From the NCBI GenBank assembly GCA_001655205.1, contig LPNZ01006633.1:1-51485 (forward strand): a DNA stretch of 51,485 nucleotides. Reading direction: 5' to 3'. The notes beneath the pieces are model-generated. The model was not told the DNA's origin, made no database searches, and saw only the letters and a program-made list of their open reading frames with translations. Each line of letters begins with the position of its first letter. Within the stretch, counting starts at the first letter, position 1. The stretch is from Lenisia limosa. Lineage: Eukaryota > Protista > Breviatea. The translations under genes were made by a program, and so were the position numbers. Positions 26,883 to 40,597 of the stretch are shown piece by piece.

Positions 26883-28457
26883 TATCTTCTAAATTGAGCG
26901 TTTTTTTCAAAACAAAAAAAGTGTATATATAGTCCCGCCACCGTAACTTGCCAACTCCCCGTTTGAAATCGGAAATAGTCGGGGGCAGAAAAAAACTCGT
27001 ATATGGATGGATAACCTTTTAATATTCAATTAGTAACTGTCTTTAAACTGTTTGAGAGCGGGTTAAAAGCCTCTAAAGTTTTTAAGCAAGAGTGAATTTT
27101 CCAATTTTCCTATGGGCTTTTTGAGTACAGATTGTGTAATATAAATCGAAGTCCCCTTTTGACCAAGTAGGATATCAATCTTTTAATCGCATACGTCATA
27201 CATCACCTGCTGTATTAATATTTCACCTCACCTACCACATTTATCAAGCATAACTTGGTTGATCTTGTCTCCAATCCGAAAGAATAAAAAGATGAGTATC
27301 GAATGGTGTGATCGAATGTGTTGAACTTATTACCTATTTGAATTCTAATGGGATGTATCTGCTCCTGACCTATATGAAGATGTGGCTTGAATTATTTGTC
27401 AGTTTGATCTTGTGTATTCTCAGTGTACTTTGTTGAGCATTGTGTTTGATAACCAACCAAGCTAAGTAAGCTATATTCTTTGCTCTGCATGTATGATATA
27501 TTTATGATATGGGGTCTGTGGCTTAATAATGCATGTATCATATATTAATATACTTCATTCCCAGTTCCCACTTGAAATTATTCCTAATCATGACTGATAC
27601 TTAATTGTTTAACCTCTATTCTTACTATCTACGCCTCTCCACGGGTCTTAGAACAAGAGAAGAATCCAACCAAAAACATTTCCTCAAATTCAGTTGTAGT
27701 AGCCCACCCTGCACTTCATATTACACAATGAATGTCCTAAGTGGTGCCATCAAACAAGAAAAACAACAATATCTGGACATATTTAAACAAGACATTTTCG
27801 CCTAAAGATATCCAATAAGCAATATAATTTCACTTCTTTGAGAAAACTTGGGCAAAAAAAAGAGAACAGAAATGTTCACTTCGGGTAAGAAGAGAAGGAA
27901 AGAGCAGGAGGGGAGCGCCATTCAGGTATCACAGATTCATTTTGTGACTTTTTTTTATGACCATACTAGTTGAAGAGGAGGGTATGAGCTGAAGAGGCTT
28001 CAAAGAGGCTTTGTAGGGAAGACAACCTTCAAATGTTGCGTCCTTCCTCAGTCTCCTTCCCTGATATGATATCTATATAATCTAAATTATTAATTAAGAA
28101 GGATGCAGAGGCGTATTTTGCCATACCTATGTTTCTCAGGTGTACCTTTCAGACCCCATATCAGTCCATGGAAAACATCAATTTTCCAATCATCTTTTGA
28201 TTTCTTACTTCTGGATATATAGAAATACATTACTGAGAGGCGGTGTTTGGATTATTCTGAGGATGATGGAAAATCGGCGAAAAAAGGTGTAAAAAGGGGG
28301 TATAAATACTGGTACAACAGGGGGTGAACCGCCCTGGTTTGAGGAATGCGTTTTAGGAATGATTATTANNNNNNNNNNNNNNNNNNNNNNNNGAATATGT
28401 GAGGATAAGAAAAAGATAATATACAGCAAATTATTCGGTTTCGTGGCTTGCAATTCC

Positions 28458-31400
28458 ATGATGGCTGAGATTAAAATACCTCCATTAGCCCCCCTTCTCT
28501 TCCTCTGTGCTATTTTTGCGGTGATAAATGGAAGCTATGCAGCTTTTTTTATCCCCACTGCCGCAACTCTTCCCCTATCTGTTGAGCCGTTTCCTGTAAG
28601 CGCCATTGCAACTGACCATTTTTTGCCTTTTATATTTATTCCATACTTATCGCAACTCAAGGCAAAAATGCTAAAACAAGTACATATTAGTGATGTAGTT
28701 TTTAAAAATCGATGTTTTAACAATTCAGGTGACAGTACAAGGGCTGTCGTCTGGCTGGTTTGCAAGATGTAACATCGGTGAGTGGTGGTTTCTGTGAAGC
28801 CATGTATTTCTGACAAGTATTGTTCATTATTGCCTATTTGTTTCATATGTGCTAGGGTCTCAGCCCTTGGGTCCCACGTCAGGCTTCGCATGCGGTCCAT
28901 CCGCCTTCATTTCCCTCTTGCCCGAATCGGTTCGCCAGAGTTGAATTTTGCATTCATGAACTACTATCTGACGCATAAAAATGTAATAAGTCACTTTTTT
29001 TAGGTCACAACGGAAACCATCTATGCTGCGGTTTTCAATAGCGCCGGTTCCCTTCAGGAGCACATTTCATCCTCCTATACATTCATTGCTAGAACACAAC
29101 ATGCTCCCATTACACATACCTTCATGGCCCAAACGGACTACGAGGCCTTCTGCCCCTGGCCTGCAAAACTAATTAGCTCTTCAATCTACCCTGTCTCCTA
29201 TATCAGCAGCTGTGTGGTTAGTTGGATACCATGGCTCTTTTGCCCCCCGAGTTCCCATAATATCTTATGATTCAGTACTCGATGCCAGTGATATCGCCTG
29301 ATATGTTGCTCAACGTTCCCGAAACCGCCGAAGACGGAACCACTCTCATAACGTAGGTCAAATCATAGCTTATTCTGTGTTGCATCCTTGGCTTCTTTTG
29401 TGTATCATTTTTCAGATGGCTTCCTTTGGACTCGACGAGGCCCGAACCAGAGGATTTGGAGGTATGTCTGATGAACCCAAAGTTTTTTTTAACACGTTGC
29501 TCAGGAACGTTTAAAGTACTATGACTCAGCCGCTATGGTGTTTAGTGAACACATTCTGAGGGTTTGTCTTCCAAAGGGTGTCGTTGACATCGTAGCAATC
29601 TCCTTTCCTTCAACCTTTTGGCGGAAGCTTTGTGCAAGGCAGTGAAAACGTTATCGATGCAAACAGTCCAATACTTATGGTAGGACAGGGTTGCTAAAAG
29701 GGTATCAACAATTGTGTAAAGATGGAACATGCTCATCGCTCACCAGGGGGAAAGCCCAGAAAGCCAGTTGCGAATGCAGCTTGTGTCAGGGTCAGGCTGT
29801 ATATCAGTTCTCCCAACATCTGTGAATGCTAGGTACACAATTGATGGAACACTTCCAACTTCGGACAGCCCATACTACACTGAGCCTGTATGTTTTGACG
29901 GATTGGAGGAGTACAAGCCACTTGTCTTCACCACTGGTGTTGCCTTGGGCGATGGGGATGTTCCTCCTTCCCGTCTTGCTCTCGTTCATATTCCCATCAC
30001 CCCTGCCGCGAAGGTTTGGTTCTTTTATGATGGCGTGCCTTATTTCTAGGTTACAATAACTCCAATGGAACATCCTAATGGCCTCTATGTTGGTATTGCA
30101 TCCTATCTTTTCACTGTTGTTCCCACCCCGGGCACTGTGTGCTATGCTTCCATCATCGTAGTGAGTGCTTTTGAGCAATGTTACTTACTTCTCAAGGCTT
30201 CGGATGCATCAGCAACCGAAGATGTTTTTGCATATTCGGCCCCCTTTAGTGTTGAGAAGTCTTCTCAAGTGAAAGTTTACTGTGTTAAAAGAGACCATCG
30301 AGTGTGGACATTTGTCGAATCGTTTGTGGGGTTTGTACCTTGAAGTGATTCTTTGAAACCGCAAAATGTTTGTCTCACTACTTAAGGATCGTAATTCGCT
30401 TGAAAACTGCGGCACCCACTTCAAGTTGGTGTAATACTCTAATTCCTCACTTTTAGATTTTGAGTCAAACGTCTACTCACTGGTGTCAGACATATCTCTT
30501 GAATTGAAATCTGCTACCCCAGATGTAAATAGGGGTACTTATGTGTAACAATATCATATGCTTTAACAAACACCTTACCTGTTCTCTTTAGTCATATGTG
30601 CGCTTCTCAGTGAATGGTGCGATGGATCAGCCATTCTCTTCTGATGGATACAAGGTATGACTGGGTAGGAACAAACAAACATGAAAAGGCACTGGTACAA
30701 TATCTTCAGACCTTAGTCCTTAGTCTTGGTTGATTTCGCCTCTTTGCCGAGTCAAATTGCGTATCTGTGATAATCCCCATAATTCCCCTGTTTCATTTAG
30801 TATGGACTGAGCTCTATTTCAACATGCTTACTTGTTGTATCTTTTATGCTTTATAATAAATACAAATTCATACTCATTGCATTTTACTACATAGTTACAT
30901 AGTAGATATTGTGACAAGAGCAGATTATGTTCCTGACTGGGGAGACTATGATCACTTTTGGTTGTTTTCACTCTGCAGGTTGAATCTTCGATGACAATCC
31001 GCGCAGTAGCATACCGAGAGGACGACTCGATTGACAGGTATTGCGATGGGGACTGGTACAAATCAGGGTTGGTTAGGTCCTTTAATTATCATGTGTTGGC
31101 TATCTATCTGAGCTTATCAGCAAATTATTTACTTATTAGCCAATGCTGTGACCCCTCTGATGCAGTGGAGTTTACATATGTGATTCAGCCTCAGCTTAAT
31201 AAGCCGTCCCTCGTATACACAACTGAAATGAGAGATTATGCATTGAGTGGAGAGGTAGTCGTTTTTTTAACTGTCCACTGATAACTGTTTAAGACTACTT
31301 CCAACGTTCCGGCTTCGGTGCGACTTTCAGCTTCGTCACAGCTGACATTGGTTTGTGAGGTATCCCTAGTAGTTTATCAGTCACTTTTTATATCGAAACA

Positions 31401-33910
31401 AACGGATTATAACCATTTTAGTATGCAGTTCCACCACACATGTTCCTATCGGCTGAGGTGTGGTATACATTTGTTCCATTTTCAGACGCAAGTAGTCCGC
31501 CGGATGTTCCTTGTGGCGACTCTGTTTGGCAGCAGGCCCCCGAGTCCGGTGAAATTGTCTATAGTAGGAGCTGCTTTTGCATTCTTATGGCTTCAGAAAA
31601 CAAAACGCTTTCTAGACTGTTTGTTACTGCACGAATGTCGGGAATGCTTGAGTCAGATTACAGACGAGCTATCCTTGAGATCACCGTTCTTGAAACTGTA
31701 GGCCTGACCTTGGCACCACTTACTGCTCAGCTGACTCCTGTTTCAACAATTGTCGGAACAACGGCTGTTCTTGTGACAATTGCTACGGCTCTTGTATTTT
31801 TGTGTAACCACCGTGCGGAGCGTCAGAGGTTCAAGACCATGAGGTGAGCTCAAAAGTCAAAAGTATAGACTCAATTTTTTGATATTAGGTCTAAACACTT
31901 GTAGAGAGGAGTATGCAGACGGGCTCTCAGTGGACCAAGAAATGCAGGAAATGGTGAAAACGCCACCAAATGAGCCGCCTGAAGTTCAAGTCCAAGACAC
32001 TCCGATAGAGATTTCGCAAGCGTCCAACCTCCAAAAGCTGAAGATCTCTCTTCCCAAGGCATCTGGAAGTCCCGAAATGGCACAGACATTCTTTGATTTC
32101 TCCGCCAACTCGCATTCTCAGTTGTCAAATTCGGGAGACCCGCATCCTGCGTTTGAGAACCTTTCCGAGCCTAGCCAACCAACACCCAAGATCAAAAGCA
32201 GCAAGATAACCAGCAACTCTGAGCCAATAAATGGCCAAAGCGGGCCTCAGTCCGAAATTAGTTCCATGTCGCAGCAGTCAATTATCATGTCTGAAATGGG
32301 GAGTGAACAGCTCAATTCGGTAGCCCAGCATCAAGGCAGTTTGGCATACTCCCAGTCTCTTCAAAATTCGGAAGATGGCTTGCCTCCAATTTCGTCCACT
32401 CAACGACCTATAGTGGCACAGCCTCCAGTTGCCCCCTTCTCGGCTGACAAGTGCACCGCGCTCGAACGATTACTAATGCAGGTCTGTGCGTGCAAATTAG
32501 ATTCTCTATCTTTTTGACAAAGTTACACTTAGCCCCATTTGCCTTCTCTGACTTGATGTTAGGCCGTAGTCGATGTTCCGACAGTCAAGAGTGAAAGTGC
32601 CCCAGAAGAGTCCAATGAATATGACATTATGTAAGCCCCTTAACCACATATACCCCCCTTATCAATTATCCAACTCTCGTTAATTAATGGTCAGGCAATC
32701 GGTGAATGAAGTTGATGAAATGGCCAGTCCTGAAGTCTACTATGACCAACAAGAGATGCCTGAAGTGCAAGTAGGAGGAATCCGGAACGGGGAAATATCT
32801 TAGAATTGTGTAACATCTTCTGGCATCAAAGAACACTCATTTTTCAGGTTGCCCAAAACGAAACAATCTATCCTTCTGACCTTCTCCAAGTTGAACCTGA
32901 TGTGTTCCACTTCAATTCTACTCATATTGATTTTGGAAAAGAACAGAATGATGGTGGGTCTTGCTCTTGCCTAAACTCTTATTACTTAGTTGAAAATGAA
33001 GATATCATGTTTTCGGAGACAACATTTGTTGAGCCTCCGAATAGCCTCATTACGAGTAGTGATGCTTTCATGGATCCTGGTATAAGTCTAAGGAATGAAC
33101 CATCTATCATGCAGTTTACTGAACAGCCGACAATGCACAATCCACTTGAAGACTATGACGCTCTTGGAATGGACATTGTGGTGGGGTGCTTGGGTGTCAA
33201 ATGCAATTACTAGTGGTTTTCATTGGTTCAAAATAGAGAACCTTTTTAGACCGATTTACGAGCTTTAGGAAGCAGAGCAGCTCCGGCTTTCACATGAACT
33301 TGCCGCTGCGTCAAAGCTACCACAGAATGCCGTTGAAGATCTTCAGATCTGTGATCCAATGGGTTTAATGGTAGGTTGGGAAGAGTAGAGAGGCGGGCGA
33401 GGGTGAGTGGTACTGGAAGAGATGAATGGTTCGACCAACAGCAAGCTTGNNNNNNNNNNNNNNNNNNNNNNNNNNNNNNNNNNNNNNNNNNNNNNNNNNN
33501 NNNNNNNNNNNNNNNNNNNNNNNNNNNNNNNNNNNNNNNNNNNNNNNNNNNNNNNNNCCGACTAACAAACAATATGAGTCTTTCGGTTGGTTCCCTGCCT
33601 TCCGCACTAATCTTAATAACCGTTATATAACTTTGAAGGTATGGGTGAACTGGGTCTTGAGGTCTCAACAGTTTTGGAAGGAACTCACCACATGCCTTCA
33701 GCAGAGAAGGTCAGTCAGTGTTTTTACATCTCGCAAGGAGTTCAGTATTTCATGACTTTAGGTTGACAAACTGATGCAATGGGTCGAAAATGGTATGGAG
33801 ACAAACCACACCACCATTATGTAATTATTAGTGTAAATTAATTTTTTTAAGTGTACAATAGTTTCTTATTTAAGTTCTGACAAATACATTCTTAGTTACA
33901 AATTGAATAA
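28458..33910 (+). CDS. Predicted type I membrane protein with about 3 Fn3-associated/CHB_HEX_C-like domains and a long Ser/Gln/Glu-rich cytoplasmic tail; 3' end approximate
   Basis: Signal-like PPLAPLLFLCAIFAVINGSYAA. Then RYTIDGTLPTSDSPYYTEPVCF, FAYSAPFSVEKSSQVKVYCVKRD, YVRFSVNG and MTIRAVAYRE. TM segment IVGTTAVLVTIATALVFLC followed by basic NHRAERQRFK. Confidence 0.65.
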
Positions 33911-34064
33911 AATACAACATACCTACAACCTGTCTTCTGCACTTATGGTGCTGATCAAATCGTCATCACTATCATGTCCCTCTATACAGTTAGTAGTCAG
34001 CAAATACTGCACCAACCTGTCTCAACAGTATTTGAGATCAACTTAGTATCTTCAAGAAGCGGGG

Positions 34065-35812
34065 CTATTGAGCGGGCTGATTTTGGGTTGATGGGTTTTG
34101 TGATATGGAAAACAAACATGCCTGAAGAGTAAGAAACAAAATAGAGATAAATTTTCATTTTTACTTAACAAGTTTGTGGGAAATAATTGGTTCAAAACAT
34201 TATTATTTGAAGATGTCGATGCAACTGTTCAGAAAACACATTTTTTTGCTCATTTCTTGAATTTCGACCCCTATTACCTGCAATAGAAAGAAGAAGCCCA
34301 ATGGTGATGAAGAAAAATACAACTCCCTGCCAAAATTGATACCAATTATTCTAAATAATCAGTGAAGCAAATACGAATTAAAGGATGTTCTCTGTGAAAA
34401 TAAATAATACACCAGGTCAAAATAAAAGCAAGTAGGCACAGCAAATAGTGAACTATGATAACCATATTATCTGATACAACAAATAAAACTTTGTTGATAC
34501 CTCCATCAAAAGTACAAATCATTGCTACAACTCTATTCACACATTTTACAATATATTTCGAAAAAGTTTAATGAATGACTTGAAAACAAAATCCCTGCGT
34601 TTATCGTAGAAATATACTGAAATATTGATAGTATATTGAAGTATTGATATGATTCCTCTGAATGCTAATCTGTATAAATACAGCAATGAGAAATAAAAAA
34701 AATAAGGTTGTATCNNNNNNNNNNNNNNNNNNNNNNNNNNNNNNNNNNNNNNNNNNNNNNNNNNNNNNNNNNNNNNNNNNNNNNNNNNNNNNNNNNNNNN
34801 NNNNNNNNNNNNNNNNNNNNNTTGCGTGCCTCCCCAGCATACCTACAAGGATTAGATTCATGAAGAAGGACAAAAGTCCCTGCATAATAACCCAGGTAGG
34901 CCCTCCTAAATCCGTCTTATGCCACAGATTCAGGAGGTGTCAGAGAGTTAGAATTGCAGACATCAAAGGCTTTATAGAATAATATTATCCTAAATAAATA
35001 TTGATAATGTCCTCAAAGGAGAACAGATTATAAGTGGCTCAATAGTAGGACTAGGTCTCAAGTGGAGAGATCCACTAGTCTATGAGGCCGGTGAGGTTGC
35101 TTACCTAGTTTTGTTCGATGGGGTGTCATAATGCAAATATAAATTTGGAATGCAAGATTATATCCATTAGTATTGAGGGTTCGGAGACGAGCACCGCTGA
35201 AGGCGAAGTGTCTCGGCCGAAAACACAATCGAGAGGAACACGTGAGTTGCCCAATATGTTTCGGAATAGTTCGAATGGATATGATACCAAGATAACCCAC
35301 TTCGGTTGTGGAAGCGGATATTTGTGATAATTGCAGATAGGGTGAGCAGTATATAGGGTCAATATCATCAGATATTGGGAAATATATTTTTGGAAGCTAT
35401 GATGAGGGTCAATCAGGGGAGAATATCAAATGGCGTTGTTAAAAGTTGATATCACTGTGTCGTCCTTAAAAGCAAACAATATTGTTGTATTTAATATTTC
35501 CATCTCCCCACTCTTGGTTCTTCACTCTCCTCTCCAGTTTTTGGAGAAATGTAGAAGATGAAGAAGATAAAGAGATTCAGCAACAAACATCCAACAAAAG
35601 CCTTCCTTAACAGGGTTAGCATGAAGGGGAAGAGAAAACGGTTAAGGGTACAGTATGTGGAGAGACCCAGCCACTTACACTCCTGAACTGCTTTTTGAAG
35701 CAATGTAAACAGCTACACACGACAGAACAAATCCACAAATGAGAATGAAGGTTCCCACTCCAACACTGAATATCATCTGAAAAATAAATACGTAAACCGT
35801 TAAGTTTGTCAT
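34065..35812 (-). CDS. Possible small multi-pass membrane protein; structure uncertain, spans an N gap
   Basis: Hydrophobic exons bounded by AG/GT: MIFSVGVGTFILICGFVLSCVAVYIAS, AFVGCLLLNLFIFFIFYIS, GVVFFFITIGLLLSIA. Exon joins were not fully resolved. Confidence 0.35.
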
Positions 35813-36291
35813 CCATGCTTTTGTTTTTGAAGGAATGTTGAAGAGTAAGAGTAATACACCAACCTTTGCTGTTTGCTATCCAAGAATAAAAGCTTTGCTC
35901 AGATTTATCTCATTGTATGCCGACTGAGAATAGATTGATTGGAGGAGAAAGGTGAAGACCAACTGTAAACTGTTCACACAACACTGACTGTCGACTTGTG
36001 CTCTGTTGTTGTTGAGAGAGAGACTACTTGCTTGAGTGAGAGAAAAAGGAGGAGTCGGGAGCAAGCCGGGTGAGAGAGAGAGAGAGACAGCACACAGGCA
36101 CACAGTTAAGTTTGAAATTCAGAGAAGGCAGTGGCGCGGTGTGACATTTCTGATTTGACCCTTTGCTAGCGAACTACAGCACCGATTCCCCCGAATAGCC
36201 CAAGGTTCTTGAAAGATATGCATTGTTCCGTCTTCCATTATAATAGCCTGATCGGGGGAGGCCTTGAGTCAAATAAACAAAAGGAGTGGGC

Positions 36292-39152
<2,861 letters not shown>

Positions 39153-39396
39153 TTTTATACTAATCACAACAGTAGAGTGTGTGAAAAGAGGATAATTTTT
39201 TTTGAAATCCAAAAATAAAACGTCACATTAATTTACATTAGTTACAGTGTAATAAATTATGACACAATGCGCTCACGCCAAATTGCGATTGCGCGCCCTT
39301 TGTTTTCGTTTTTCGTTTTTCAGCGTTTTTTTTTCGTTTTTCAGCGTTTTTTTTTCGTTTTTTCAAAAAAAATTCAAAACCAGTGTGCCAGAAAGA
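39153..39396. promoter_or_regulatory. Putative bidirectional promoter between BiP and the PC4-like gene, with a 21-nt tandem duplication
   Basis: Only 244 nt separate the divergent ATGs. cgtttttcagcgttttttttt occurs at 39314 and 39335. Promoter function is inferred from geometry. Confidence 0.5.
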
Positions 39397-40382
39397 ATGT
39401 CGTCAAGTGAACCACAAGTTACTATTGAACAATTAAAGCCCCATATTATTTCCTATGTTTCAAATAATGAAGGGTATGTGTTCTCACATGGCCTACTGCT
39501 GTTAACTACTTTTAGATCATCATGGAAATTATTGAGAGGGCACTTAGAAGAGAAATTTTCTCTAACTCGTGAGTCACCATATTGTGTTTACCATTTCTTT
39601 AGCGAAGAGTCTCAACCCCTGGAAGGCTGAAATTCTTAATGCTGCTGTTGAATCTGTCAGTGTGGTGGTGTTTTGTACTCTTTCTTTCTTATTGCCTCTT
39701 TTTTTTTTAAAAAAACAGTCTTTTTTTGCTTTTCAGAAGGATATTGGTGAACAAACTAATTGTTTAGGACAAGGATAAAGACGATGATGAGTCTTCTGAT
39801 GATGATGATATCAATCCGAGAAAGAGGGCAAAAAAACGTTCCAGTGCAGAGAAAGAAATGACCCCTCTTCAAAGAGCTCAAGTATGAAATTATTCAGATA
39901 GTTCTGTAAAGCTCTTTAATTTTTCCAGAAGTTGGCCAAAGAAGTAACTGGAGATCAGTTTGCATTGTGGAACGTAGGAATGGATTTTTTTTACCGCATA
40001 TTGTGAGTGTATATATGATGTATATTCAGGAGCCGCATGGATATCATCCTGTTTTGGTCTGTCTTTAACACCCCAGCTTTCTGCCGACTTCAAAGCTCGG
40101 TAGGAGAAGATGGCCTATCCTCCTTGAAAAGTGATTGCACTTTTTCTCACATGATAGGATTGTCGACTTGTTACGATTTAGAGTTTGCAACTTCAAGGGA
40201 AAGGTCTATGTTGATATCCGAAAGTTCTATTCCAAAGATGGTGTTGACAAGCCAACCCCAAAAGGTATGTTGTCTTTTGGGGTTTTTTGTCTGACTGAAT
40301 AGGAGCGTTCATGTCTAGAGAAACTTGGGAGGGCTTGAAAAGCATCATGCCACAAATTGAAGAAGCACTGGATCTTGCCTAG
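39397..40382 (+). CDS. SUB1: PC4/Sub1-family ssDNA-binding coactivator with a possible DEK_C-like N-terminal domain
   Basis: The spliced C-terminus LSADFKAR|VCNFKGKVYVDIRKFYSKDGVDKPTQK|GAFMSRETWEGLKSIMPQIEEALDLA* matches the PC4 pattern FKGK..VDIR.FY..DG..KP..KG. The N-terminus includes SWKLLRGHLEEKFSL and SLNPWKAEI. Confidence 0.85.
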
Positions 40383-40597
40383 ATTAAAGACTTCGTCCAA
40401 GGTTGTCCAAAAGGCCACAAGATGGTTGACGTTTTGCAGTTTTTTTGTCATTTCCCCCCCCCCCCNNNNNNNNNNNNNNNNNNNNNNNNNNNNNNNNNNN
40501 NNNNNNNNNNNNNNNNNNNNNNNNNNNNNNNNNNNNNNNNNNNNNNNNNNNNNNNNNNNNNNNNNNAATTATACGATATAACTCGGCCGTTTTCACT

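Noticed and set aside
27960-28260. Ubiquitin-like mini-gene on the minus strand (IIEISYQGRRLRKDATFE)
   Set aside because: No consistent splice phase could join it to neighbouring segments without stops.
39225-39300. UPRE/ERSE-like elements upstream of BiP
   Set aside because: There is only a TGACGT hexamer on the minus strand and no CCAAT-N9-CCACG, which is expected by chance.
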